From positions 300,001 through 332,000 of the forward strand of contig CAZXEQ010000002.1 of NCBI GenBank assembly GCA_964640155.1: a stretch of DNA of 32,000 bases, written 5' to 3'. Positions 1 to 8,214 of this stretch are shown one piece after another (the first letter of the stretch is position 1; each line of letters opens with the position of its first letter). The translations under genes were made by a program, and so were the position numbers. The notes beneath the pieces are model-generated. The model was not told the DNA's origin and searched no databases. It was given only the letters and a program-made list of their open reading frames with translations. The stretch is from an uncultured bacterium. GTDB taxonomy: Bacteria; Auribacterota; JACPWU01.

Positions 1-621
1 ATAGAGATTAATGGGAAACCTGTCTTTCAAAAGAAAAAAATTTATCTGGCATTGAATAAACCTCCCGATGTTATCACCACTTTTAGAGATCCTCAGGGTA
101 GACCCACCGTATATAGTTGTCTTCCTGCCCTTGATTCATGGGTGTTTCCAGTCGGGCGCTTGGATGCAGGCACATTGGGACTACTTCTTTTTACCAATGA
201 TACCGCCTGGGCCGACCAAATTGCAGGAGAGCATTCAAAAATTCCAAAAGTTTATGAAGTCAAGATTCGCCGTAATTTAAGCGAAGAAAAACTGGAGCAA
301 TTGCGCAAAGGCATCAGGCTTGAAAATGGAGAAATGACACAATCATGTCAGTGTAAGACACTCAAAATGAATGAGGGAACCCAATGGCTAGAAATAACAT
401 TATGGGAAGGGAAAAATCGTCAGATTCGACGCATGATCAAAGCGATTGGGTCTGATGTTGTAAAATTACGCCGCATTGCAATTGGGAGTCTTCCTTTAGG
501 AGATCTTAAATGTGGAGAGACTCGATTTCTTTCATATCAAGAAGCCCGTTTCTTGCTTAAGAAGAAAAGTCCTCTCAAAAATACTCTTGAACATACAGAA
601 ACTTCTCAAGAAACGTTTTGA
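1..621 (+). CDS. Pseudouridine synthase, RsuA/RluB/RluE family (5'-truncated by window edge)
   Basis: Frame +1 is open from base 1 (IEINGKPVFQKKKIYLALNKPPDV...), so the start listed at 52 is internal. It carries the catalytic-Asp motif VGRLDAGTLGLLLFTND plus the KVYEVKI and GKNRQIRRM blocks. Stop TGA at 619-621. Confidence 0.85.
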   Translation: MEINGKPVFQKKKIYLALNKPPDVITTFRDPQGRPTVYSCLPALDSWVFPVGRLDAGTLGLLLFTNDTAWADQIAGEHSKIPKVYEVKIRRNLSEEKLEQLRKGIRLENGEMTQSCQCKTLKMNEGTQWLEITLWEGKNRQIRRMIKAIGSDVVKLRRIAIGSLPLGDLKCGETRFLSYQEARFLLKKKSPLKNTLEHTETSQETF

Positions 622-655
622 CCTCATAGATCTTCTCTGTTAGTTTGATTTCATC

Positions 656-1408
656 ATGCACATATTTTTAGATCCACAAATCTGGTTGGCTCTGCTCACA
701 CTAACCTCTTTAGAGATTGTGTTGGGGATTGACAACATTATTTTCATATCTATTCTTGCCGGTCGACTTCCCAAAGAAGAACAAGCCAAAGCACGATTGA
801 TCGGTCTTATTCTTGCCATGCTCATGCGTATTGCTCTTCTTTTTTCGATTACAACTGTCATGAAATTAACTCATCCCATTTTTAGTCTTTTTGGACACGC
901 TTTTTCTGGTCGAGATTTAATTCTTTTAATGGGAGGCCTTTTCCTCTTGGCCAAAAGCACTCATGAAATTCATCAGAAACTCGAAGGTGAAGAAGAATCC
1001 CATCAATCTAAAGGACGAAAAAGTTCAATGACAGGAATCATCACCCAAATCACTCTTTTGGATATTGTATTTTCTCTGGATTCTGTCATCACTGCTGTCG
1101 GAATGTCTAATCAAATTATAATCATGGTTTTAGCTGTTATTATCGCTGTTGTTTTTATGATGGTGTTTTCTGGATCGATCAGTCGTTTTGTCCATGATCA
1201 TCCTACAATTAAAATGTTGGCTTTAAGTTTCTTGCTTTTAATTGGAGTGACTTTAATTGCTGATGGCTTTCATCAACATATCCCCAAAGGTTATATTTAT
1301 TTTTCAATGGCATTTTCAGTATTCGTAGAAATGTTAAATTTAAAAATTCGTACTCGAAAAACGGCTCCTATTGAACTTCGTGAACCTGTGCTTCAAAAAG
1401 AAAAGTAA
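656..1408 (+). CDS. TerC-family integral membrane protein
   Basis: 250 aa, multi-TM. The N-terminal LEIVLGIDNIIFISIL motif and the second half-repeat LLDIVFSLDSVITAVGM are the two characteristic TerC repeats. ATG start. Confidence 0.85.
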   Translation: MHIFLDPQIWLALLTLTSLEIVLGIDNIIFISILAGRLPKEEQAKARLIGLILAMLMRIALLFSITTVMKLTHPIFSLFGHAFSGRDLILLMGGLFLLAKSTHEIHQKLEGEEESHQSKGRKSSMTGIITQITLLDIVFSLDSVITAVGMSNQIIIMVLAVIIAVVFMMVFSGSISRFVHDHPTIKMLALSFLLLIGVTLIADGFHQHIPKGYIYFSMAFSVFVEMLNLKIRTRKTAPIELREPVLQKEK

Positions 1409-1445
1409 ATAAAAGGGCTATCATTACACATTGTTCGGAGTAGGT

Positions 1446-1579
1446 CGTTCATCAAAATATTCGAACACGTTGATTTGGCCCCGCGAGCCAAATCAACTCA
1501 AAGGAACTCTCGTTCCCCCAATGTTCATTGGGGGACCCTGCGAACTCGAGTTCCAATGGTTCTTACATTTTGATGAACG
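1446..1579. ncRNA. Candidate structured RNA or MITE-like palindromic element (unclassified)
   Basis: Perfect 13-bp closing helix CGTTCATCAAAAT (1446-1458) / ATTTTGATGAACG (1567-1579). It encloses an 11-bp hairpin (1469-1479/1487-1497), a 7-bp helix GGAACTC/GAGTTCC (1503-1509/1548-1554) and an 8-bp hairpin CCCCCAAT/ATTGGGGG (1515-1522/1527-1534). The block is locally GC-enriched relative to its flanks. Strand and function are unknown. Confidence 0.3.
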
Positions 1580-1623
1580 AAAAATCGCAATTATTAGTGA
1601 AAATAATGTAAGGAATTAAATTT

Positions 1624-2718
1624 ATGGGTTTTCGTTGTGGGATTGTAGGACTTCCAAATGTGGGTAAATCTACACTTTTTAATGCATTGGCTAAAGCAAA
1701 AGCACCTGCTTCAAATTATCCATTTTGCACCATTGATCCCAATGTCGGTATCGTCTCTGTTCCGGATCCTCGCCTCGATGCCCTGGCCAAGCTTTATCAG
1801 CCGAAACAAGTCACACCTACCACCATTGAATTTTATGACATTGCAGGATTGGTAAAAGGGGCGGCACAAGGAGAGGGGCTTGGGAATCAATTTTTATCTC
1901 ATATCGGGGAAGTAGAGGCCATTCTTCATGTGGTTCGCTGTTTTCAAGATGAGAATATTGTTCACGTATCAGGACAAGTCGATCCTTTACGAGACATTGA
2001 GGTGATTGATACCGAACTTTGCTTGAAAGACTTAGAAACCATTTCTAATCGTTACGAAAAAACAGAAAAACTCGCACGTTCTAATGACAAAGAATCCAAA
2101 GAGAAAATGCCTGTTTATGAAAAAGTAAAAAAAACTTTGGAAGAAGGTAAAACGCTACGCCGTCTGGGACTGTCTGATGACGAAAAATTTTTGCTTCGTG
2201 ATTTACATTTTCTTACGATCAAACCCGTTCTTTATTGTGCCAATGTAGCAGAATCAGATTTGCCAGAAGGGGGACCTCTGGCTCAAAAGGTTAAGGAGTT
2301 TGCTAAAAAAGAAGGGGCGGAATCTGTTGTCATTTGCGGACAAGTAGAATCTGAATTGATTGATCTTTCAGAAAATGAGCAAAAAGAATTTTTAAATTCT
2401 TTAGGACTTAGCGAACCTGGTCTTTATGCTTTGATTCGAGCAGGCTATCAACTGTTAGGGCTCATTACTTTTTTTACTGCAGGCGAAAAGGAAGTTCGTG
2501 CTTGGACCGTTCGAAAAGGCGCCAAAGCTCCCGAAGCTGCAGGACAAATCCATTCTGATTTTGAAAGAGGCTTTATTCGTGCCGAAGTGATGAACTACGC
2601 AGATTTAGTCCGATTGGGCTCTACAGCTGCAGTGAAAGAAAAAGGCCTTTTAAGAATCGAAGGTAAAGAATATACAACTGCGGATGGGGATGTGATGCTG
2701 TTTCGATTTAATGTTTAG
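1624..2718 (+). CDS. ychF: Redox-regulated ribosome-binding ATPase YchF
   Basis: 364 aa. G1 motif GIVGLPNVGKSTLFNAL, DIAGLVKGA, and the C-terminal TGS-like FERGFIRAEV block. RBS AAGGAA upstream of the ATG. Confidence 0.95.
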   Translation: MGFRCGIVGLPNVGKSTLFNALAKAKAPASNYPFCTIDPNVGIVSVPDPRLDALAKLYQPKQVTPTTIEFYDIAGLVKGAAQGEGLGNQFLSHIGEVEAILHVVRCFQDENIVHVSGQVDPLRDIEVIDTELCLKDLETISNRYEKTEKLARSNDKESKEKMPVYEKVKKTLEEGKTLRRLGLSDDEKFLLRDLHFLTIKPVLYCANVAESDLPEGGPLAQKVKEFAKKEGAESVVICGQVESELIDLSENEQKEFLNSLGLSEPGLYALIRAGYQLLGLITFFTAGEKEVRAWTVRKGAKAPEAAGQIHSDFERGFIRAEVMNYADLVRLGSTAAVKEKGLLRIEGKEYTTADGDVMLFRFNV

Positions 2719-2752
2719 TGAATGATCAAAATTAAATAAAAGGAAAGAACTT

Positions 2753-3340
2753 ATGGCACTTACACCTTCGACAATGATTCCCTTGGGAACTAAGGCTCCC
2801 AATTTTTCTTTACCAGATGTTATTTCGGGCAAAACAATTTTGTTGAAAGATTTTTCTGACAACAAAGGACTTTTAGTCATGTTCATCAGTCGGCATTGTC
2901 CTTATGTTCAACATGTCAAAAAAGAATTAGCGAAGTTAGGAAAAAGTTATAGCGCAAAAGGGTTGGGGATCGTAGCTATTAGTTCTAATGATATTGTGAA
3001 ATATCCAGATGATTCGCCCGAAAAAATCAAAGAAATGGCCATTGAATTAGATTTTAATTTTCCTTGTTGCTACGACGAATATCAAGAAATTGCCAAAGCT
3101 TATTCTGCTGCCTGCACCCCTGATTTTTTTCTGTTCGACAAAGATTTTAAGTTGGTTTACCGTGGCCAATTAGACGACAGTCGTCCAGACAATGGAAAGC
3201 CTGTAACAGGTAAGGACCTTCGTGCGGCTATTGAAGCCTTGCTTTCAGGACAGGCTATTTCTTCCAATCAAAAGCCCAGCATGGGCTGCAATGTGAAATG
3301 GAAGACAGGAAAAGAACCTAGCTATGCAAGAATGGGCTAA
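2753..3340 (+). CDS. Thioredoxin-fold protein, PRX_like1 / AhpC-TSA-like
   Basis: 195 aa. N-terminus MALTPSTMIPLGTKAPNFSLPDV and the FISRHCPYVQHV block match the thioredoxin-family (PRX-like) proteins that normally carry CNHCP[YF]V. Confidence 0.8.
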   Translation: MALTPSTMIPLGTKAPNFSLPDVISGKTILLKDFSDNKGLLVMFISRHCPYVQHVKKELAKLGKSYSAKGLGIVAISSNDIVKYPDDSPEKIKEMAIELDFNFPCCYDEYQEIAKAYSAACTPDFFLFDKDFKLVYRGQLDDSRPDNGKPVTGKDLRAAIEALLSGQAISSNQKPSMGCNVKWKTGKEPSYARMG

Positions 3341-3358
3341 CACCCCTTAGGAGGGAAT

Positions 3359-3910
3359 ATGAGCAAAAAAGTTTTGATTCTCTTAGCTGAGGGATTTGAA
3401 GAAATTGAAGCAGTGACCCCCATGGATGTTTTGAGAAGGGCAGGCCTCGAAGTAACAATTGCTGGAGTGACAGGCAAAAATGTCAAAGGGGCCCATGGAA
3501 TTTCCATCGAAGCAGATGTTTTAATCGATCAATATCATGAAACTCCAGATGCTCTTATTTTGCCAGGAGGAATGCCAGGCGCCCAAAACCTTGCTAAAAG
3601 CCCTAGAGTTGCTGAACTTATCAAAAAAGTTCATGCACAGAAAAGAATTGTTGGAGCGATTTGCGCAGCGCCTGCCTTAGCTGTCGCACCGACAGGAATT
3701 TTAAACGGTCGAACAGCAACTTGCTATCCAGGATTTGAAAAAGATTTTCTAAAAGAAATCAAATTCTCAGAAAATCGTGTGGTGATGGATGAAAATATCA
3801 TTACCAGCCGCGGCCCAGGCTCTGCCCTAGAATTTTCTCTGAAGCTGGTGGAGCAGCTGGTAGGGAAAGAAAAAGCTCAGAGCCTAAAAGAAGCGATGAT
3901 TGTAAAATAG
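3359..3910 (+). CDS. DJ-1/PfpI family protein (YajL/ThiJ-like)
   Basis: 183 aa. KVLILLAEGFEEIE N-terminus and nucleophile-elbow GAICAAP. Strong RBS AGGAGGG. Confidence 0.9.
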   Translation: MSKKVLILLAEGFEEIEAVTPMDVLRRAGLEVTIAGVTGKNVKGAHGISIEADVLIDQYHETPDALILPGGMPGAQNLAKSPRVAELIKKVHAQKRIVGAICAAPALAVAPTGILNGRTATCYPGFEKDFLKEIKFSENRVVMDENIITSRGPGSALEFSLKLVEQLVGKEKAQSLKEAMIVK

Positions 3911-3982
3911 GGATAAATCTTCGCTCCACAACAATATAAATTTCCATCCTGCAACTGGTGACCCGAGACCGGTGACTGGAGA

Positions 3983-4219
3983 CTAAATCTTCGAATGTGT
4001 CCCATCACAAAAAGGAGCATTTTTAGTCTGCTTGCATTGACAAAGCGCCACTCTTTTTTTCTCTGTAATCTTCAGTTCTAAAGGACTAAATCCTGTTCCT
4101 TTGTGAGATCCATCACAAAAAGGTTGCTTCCCAGATTTTCCGCATCGACACCAAAAATAATTTCCAGGATTTAATTCCAGTACTGCTGGTTTTTTATCTG
4201 CAATAAAAGGGTTTTCCAT
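3983..4219 (-). CDS. CDGSH iron-sulfur domain protein (two CDGSH-type motifs)
   Basis: 78 aa with CRCGKSGKQPFCDGSH and CQCKQTKNAPFCDGTH, two mitoNEET-type 2Fe-2S motifs. The start lies 2 nt after the pirin stop, so the two genes are probably an operon. Confidence 0.9.
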   Translation of the reverse strand: MENPFIADKKPAVLELNPGNYFWCRCGKSGKQPFCDGSHKGTGFSPLELKITEKKRVALCQCKQTKNAPFCDGTHSKI

Positions 4220-4221
4220 TT

Positions 4222-4953
4222 TTATGACCTCCCTATTTTTTCAGCGTTCATTTCCCAAATTAGGATTTCAGTCTGAGGTTTTTGAATGAAGAGATCCAAA
4301 TCCTCTACATTTCTAAGTCTTAAGGCATCTCCCATTTCAAGAGATTCACCCGTCTTTAACTTTGCTTCGCCTGTTGCGATAAAAACATGAACAAAAGGAG
4401 CTTGTGGAATTTGAACACGCTCATTGGCTTTTAACCGCCCCACCCATAAACTCGCATCTTTTTGATGAATAGAAAGAGCTGCATCTTTTTTCTGTCCCGA
4501 AGCTAAAAGAACAAGACCTCCATCCTCAAGCTCTTTTCGAATATCCATTTGCTGATAGCCGGGAGGGACATTGGATTGATCTGGGAACACCCACATTTGA
4601 ATCAATCGAACGTCTTGCATTGAACTGGGATTTACTTCTGAATGCATGATGCCCCTTCCAGCACTCATGCGCTGGGCAAGCCCAGGATAAATAATGCCGT
4701 GATTACCCTGAGAATCTTTGTGTTCTAATTCTCCGCTTAAAACCCAAGTGATGATTTCCATATCTCGATGATGATGCATAGGGAAACCTGTCCCTGGCCT
4801 AACGATGTCATCATTATTGACACGCAATAGTCCATGGTGGGTATTGTCTGGATCAAAATGCTCGGCAAAACTGAAAGAATGAAAAGAACTGAGCCAATCT
4901 GTTTGAGTAGAAAAACGATTCTTTGCTTTTTGAATTTCAATAGATGTGTTCAT
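4222..4953 (-). CDS. Pirin family protein (bicupin)
   Basis: 243 aa with FPMHHHRDMEIITWVLSGELEHKDSQGN and MSAGRGIMHSE, the typical pirin metal-binding cupin motifs. Confidence 0.9.
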   Translation of the reverse strand: MNTSIEIQKAKNRFSTQTDWLSSFHSFSFAEHFDPDNTHHGLLRVNNDDIVRPGTGFPMHHHRDMEIITWVLSGELEHKDSQGNHGIIYPGLAQRMSAGRGIMHSEVNPSSMQDVRLIQMWVFPDQSNVPPGYQQMDIRKELEDGGLVLLASGQKKDAALSIHQKDASLWVGRLKANERVQIPQAPFVHVFIATGEAKLKTGESLEMGDALRLRNVEDLDLFIQKPQTEILIWEMNAEKIGRS

Positions 4954-5233
4954 AATCCTAGGATTATATCAAATTTTGTAGTATCCATAGATTATTGTCA
5001 GGAGAAGGGGTCTGCCCAACGAATAACAGACTGGCGATCTTCTCTCGTACGCATTCCAGCGACCGTGAGGAGTTGATTTAGCTTTCGTTTGCTAAAGCAA
5101 GGGAGGAACTTCAATGAGGTGTGCCTTTTCTTTCGTTGCTTGCACTCAAGTGCGATCGCTCATCATTAGGATTCGTTGGTCACCCTTATTTACCATTTGC
5201 ATAATTTCACTTTCCATTTATTATTAATTCACT

Positions 5234-5797
5234 ATGTCAAAGATCAAATTTACAAGACTTGAAATTCCTGATGTGATTCTAATTGAACCTCAAGTACATG
5301 AAGATGCGAGGGGATTCTTTTACGAATCTTATCGAGAAGACATCTTTAGAAGTAACGGAGTTGATGTACGATTTGTTCAAGATAATCACAGTAAATCCAA
5401 TAAGGGAGTTTTGCGAGGACTCCATTATCAAATCCCTCCCAAAGCCCAAGCAAAGCTCGTGCGAGTCACGCGAGGAGAAGTTTTTGATGTTGCTGTAGAC
5501 GTTCGCCAAAAGTCCAAAACCTTTGGACAATATGTCGGTGCTGTTTTAAGTGAAGAAAATAAAAAAATGCTCTATGTCCCAGAAGGATTTGCTCATGGTT
5601 TTCTAGTGATGAGGGATAACACAGAATTTCTTTATAAATGTTCTGACTTTTATTCTTTCGAGCATGAACGAGGAATTCTCTGGAACGATACTCAAATCAA
5701 CATTGCATGGCCAAAACTAGATATTGAATGTTCATTATCAGAAAAAGATAGAAAGCTTCCTTCATTGGAAGATATTGATCAGAATCTTTTATTCTAA
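5234..5797 (+). CDS. rfbC: dTDP-4-dehydrorhamnose 3,5-epimerase
   Basis: 187 aa. DARGFFYESY, RGLHYQ, AKLVRVTRGEVFDVAVDVR and VPEGFAHGF are canonical RmlC blocks. Confidence 0.9.
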   Translation: MSKIKFTRLEIPDVILIEPQVHEDARGFFYESYREDIFRSNGVDVRFVQDNHSKSNKGVLRGLHYQIPPKAQAKLVRVTRGEVFDVAVDVRQKSKTFGQYVGAVLSEENKKMLYVPEGFAHGFLVMRDNTEFLYKCSDFYSFEHERGILWNDTQINIAWPKLDIECSLSEKDRKLPSLEDIDQNLLF

Positions 5798-5858
5798 ATC
5801 CCTTGTGAGGTTTCCAATTTTAGGGTAATAATTTACACAAAATTTATAGGAGGAAAAT

Positions 5859-6290
5859 ATGTTTGGAAAGATTAAGGAAAAGTGGAGTCAGATGCAAGAA
5901 ATGCGCCGACTCATGAAGGATGATAAATTTAAAGCCCTCATGAGCCATCCCAAATTTCAAGAACTTTTGAAAGATTCAGAATTTCAGAAACTGGCAAAAA
6001 CACAAGACATGACCAAAATTGTGTCACATCCTAAATTCGCCAGTATCATGAAGGACCCTCAATTAGCTAAGCTTATGAAAGAAACATCTTTTATGTCTGG
6101 ATCTTCAGAAGAAGACACGACGATGAAAAATGTCATGAATCATCCTAAAATTCAGGCCATGATGAAAGATCCACTTTTTCAAAAGCTAGCTCGTTCAGGG
6201 AATATGGCTAAAATTGCTACACATCCTAAATTTGCATCCATCATGAAAGATCCTGAACTGGCTCAAATCATGACCAAGTTGGGCTCTTAG
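5859..6290 (+). CDS. Helical repeat protein with four HPK[FI]-x3-[LM]KD[PS] units (STI1/DP-like)
   Basis: 143 aa. Strong RBS AGGAGG 6 nt before the ATG. There is an internal duplication at both protein and DNA level (SHPKFASIMKDPQLAKLM vs THPKFASIMKDPELAQIM). Function unknown. Confidence 0.6.
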   Translation: MFGKIKEKWSQMQEMRRLMKDDKFKALMSHPKFQELLKDSEFQKLAKTQDMTKIVSHPKFASIMKDPQLAKLMKETSFMSGSSEEDTTMKNVMNHPKIQAMMKDPLFQKLARSGNMAKIATHPKFASIMKDPELAQIMTKLGS

Positions 6291-6319
6291 TTCTTGAGCA
6301 TGTAGAAAGAGGAAGAACA

Positions 6320-6547
6320 ATGCCTATTTTTGAATTTATTTGCAAGAAATGTGACTCTCCTTTCGAGAAATTCATTCGGGGCCAAGAAACAATCCTTTGT
6401 CCATCTTGTAAATCTAAAAACGTAAAGAAAGTTTTTTCTAGTTTTTCAACAAGGGCAGGAACCCCTTCTATTAAAGATTTTCGCACAACATCTTGTGGAG
6501 GGGGAAATTGTGGAGATCCAAGAGGAGCAGGCGCCTGTTCCCAATAA
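6320..6547 (+). CDS. FmdB-family zinc-ribbon putative regulatory protein
   Basis: 75 aa. MPIFEFICKKCDSPFE...CPSCKSKNVKKVFS is the CxxC-x(n)-CxxC FmdB signature. Cys/Gly-rich tail. Confidence 0.8.
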   Translation: MPIFEFICKKCDSPFEKFIRGQETILCPSCKSKNVKKVFSSFSTRAGTPSIKDFRTTSCGGGNCGDPRGAGACSQ

Positions 6548-6555
6548 GAGGCAAG

Positions 6556-7989
6556 ATGTATTTTCTCTTTCAAAAAATTTTTTTCTTCGTACTTTTTTTT
6601 GCTCCCACTTTAACTTGGGCTAAAGAGATCCCTTCTGCCTATCATCTAGGAGAAGTTTTACCTGCTTGGAGCATCACTCCCTTTATAGGGATGCTTCTTT
6701 CCATTGCACTTATTCCTCTCTTAGCGCCCAAGCTTTGGCATCACCATTATCCAAAAATTATAGCAGGCTGGTCCTTTCTTTTTATAATCCCTTTTCTCCA
6801 TAGTTACGGTCAAGAAGCTTTTCAGGCACTTTTACACATGCTCGTTTTAGATTACATTCCTTTCATCATTCTTTTAGCAACCCTTTTCACAATTGGAGGG
6901 GGTATTTACATTCACGGATCTTTTCATGGATCTCCCAAGGTAAATACACTTTTTTTAGGAATAGGAACACTCTTGGCTTCATTCGTCGGAACCACTGGGG
7001 CTTCAATGCTTCTTATTCGTCCTTTAATTCGTGCAAATCACGCCCGTTCTTATAAAACACATACCATTGTTTTTTTTATTTTCTTAGTCGCAAATATTGG
7101 TGGATGCCTTACCCCTTTAGGAGATCCTCCGCTTTTCTTAGGCTTTCTTCATGGAGTTCCTTTCTTTTGGACGCTCAACTTATGGAAAGAAATGTTTTTT
7201 GTAGCTGGACTTCTTCTCATCACTTACTTTTTTCTAGATTGTTTTCATTGGGAAAAAGAAAATGTCGAAATAAAAAAAATGACTACCCCTGTTAACATCC
7301 CTTTAAGAATCGACGGACTTAAAAATCTTTTTTTTCTGATAGGCGCCCTTCTGGCCATTGTTCTCTCTGGAAAATTTCACTTGGGAGAAATACGCTTCTT
7401 AGGAATTTCCCAAAGCATCGAAAATCTCTTGCGGGATGGTTTCCTTTTAATGATGCTTGCGGGATCCTGGTTCAGCACAGAATCCAAAATTCGAGAGGAA
7501 AATCATTTTTCATGGGAGCCTATTCGTGAAGTTGTTATTCTCTTTGTAGGTATTTTTATCGCCATGATTCCAGCATTAGAAATTCTAAAAGCGGGCGAGA
7601 ATGGAGCGCTCCATTCTATTGTTGATTTAGTTAAAACCCCCTCTGATTTTTTCTGGATGACAGGAATACTCTCTTCTTTTTTAGACAATGCCCCTACTTA
7701 TCTCACATTTTTATCCACAGCTTTAGGTAAGCTTTATCCTGGTATTGAGGAACAAACAGCGATTTTAAAACTGATTCATGAAAATTCTGCTTTTCTCCAG
7801 GCCATTTCCATAGGTGCTGTATTTATGGGCGCAAACTCTTATATTGGAAATGCACCTAACTTCATGGTGAAATCAATTGCGGAAGAAGCAAATATTAAAA
7901 TGCCTTCTTTCTTTGGATATATTTTCCGCTACTCTCTTATTTTTCTCATCCCTATCTTTCTCATCGTTACCTACATATTTTTCCATTAA
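6556..7989 (+). CDS. ArsB/NhaD-superfamily (citrate-transporter-like) ion permease
   Basis: About 477 aa and highly hydrophobic with many TM segments. I moved the start from 6493 to the ATG at 6556, which follows RBS AAGAGG and avoids overlapping the FmdB gene. The family call rests on overall composition and motifs such as LDNAPTYL and GNAPNFMV. Confidence 0.65.
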   Translation: MYFLFQKIFFFVLFFAPTLTWAKEIPSAYHLGEVLPAWSITPFIGMLLSIALIPLLAPKLWHHHYPKIIAGWSFLFIIPFLHSYGQEAFQALLHMLVLDYIPFIILLATLFTIGGGIYIHGSFHGSPKVNTLFLGIGTLLASFVGTTGASMLLIRPLIRANHARSYKTHTIVFFIFLVANIGGCLTPLGDPPLFLGFLHGVPFFWTLNLWKEMFFVAGLLLITYFFLDCFHWEKENVEIKKMTTPVNIPLRIDGLKNLFFLIGALLAIVLSGKFHLGEIRFLGISQSIENLLRDGFLLMMLAGSWFSTESKIREENHFSWEPIREVVILFVGIFIAMIPALEILKAGENGALHSIVDLVKTPSDFFWMTGILSSFLDNAPTYLTFLSTALGKLYPGIEEQTAILKLIHENSAFLQAISIGAVFMGANSYIGNAPNFMVKSIAEEANIKMPSFFGYIFRYSLIFLIPIFLIVTYIFFH

Positions 7990-8022
7990 TCAAAAAAATA
8001 TCGTTTTTATTTCACTTTTTTC

Positions 8023-8050
8023 TTGTCTATCTTTGAAGGCATGTTAGAAT
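8023..8050 (+). promoter_or_regulatory. Candidate sigma70-type promoter for dnaA
   Basis: TTGTCT (8023-8028), 16-nt spacer ending in TGT, then TAGAAT (8045-8050), giving an extended -10. It sits just upstream of the DnaA-box cluster. Confidence 0.3.
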
Positions 8051-8082
8051 CCCAAGGCTTCGTTCTAAGCAGTAAAATGGTG

Positions 8083-8212
8083 TGTGGATAACCTGTGAAT
8101 TAATTGTGAACAAGCTGTCCATAAAAGAAGTTGATTTTAGTTGATGAAATCGCTCGTTCACCCCAATATTTCGAGGTATGGGGGATCGAAATTGTGGAAA
8201 ACATGTGAATAA
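8083..8212. promoter_or_regulatory. DnaA-box cluster upstream of dnaA (autoregulation and/or left part of a bipartite oriC)
   Basis: Perfect box TGTGGATAA at 8083-8091. Near-boxes: TGTGAATTA 8094-8102, TGTCCATAA 8116-8124, TGTGGAAAA 8193-8201, TGTGAATAA 8204-8212. Confidence 0.7.
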
Positions 8213-8214
8213 CT

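Noticed and set aside
1570-1585. Hammerhead-like core letters TGATGA...CGAAA
   Set aside because: There is no stem II between the two boxes and no suitable stem I/III or cleavage-site context. This is a chance match inside the closing helix.
1431-1619. 62-aa ORF (TTG start) in the terC-ychF spacer
   Set aside because: It lies exactly over the nested-hairpin element. It has no RBS, uses a non-ATG start and has an odd composition. The palindromic DNA structure explains the open frame better than coding does.
1409-1623. Possible yybP-ykoY (Mn2+) riboswitch, since these are associated with TerC genes; the spacer contains GGAGTAG
   Set aside because: The element is downstream of terC, not in its leader. 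It lacks the conserved GGGGAGUAGC / UUGACAUA / GAGACC blocks as I remember them. It also has a different helix topology.
3911-3982. Possible bidirectional terminator between the convergent DJ-1 and CDGSH genes (GGTGACC...CCGGTGAC)
   Set aside because: The similar segments are direct repeats plus short restriction-site-like palindromes (GGTGACC, ACCGGT). They do not form a stem followed by a T-tract, so no convincing hairpin could be drawn.
4834-5076. 80-aa ORF in the pirin/rmlC divergent spacer
   Set aside because: It overlaps the pirin N-terminus on the opposite strand and the GC-rich structured block. It has no RBS and its sequence is not protein-like.
6493-6555. N-terminal extension of the permease ORF (MWRGKLWRSKRSRR...)
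   Set aside because: It overlaps the 3' end of the FmdB zinc-ribbon gene in another frame and is Arg/Lys-rich junk. The ATG at 6556, with AAGAGG upstream and a hydrophobic N-terminus, is a better start.
6268-6573. 101-aa minus-strand ORF
   Set aside because: It is antisense to the well-supported FmdB zinc-ribbon gene and to the end of the repeat protein. It is a shadow ORF.
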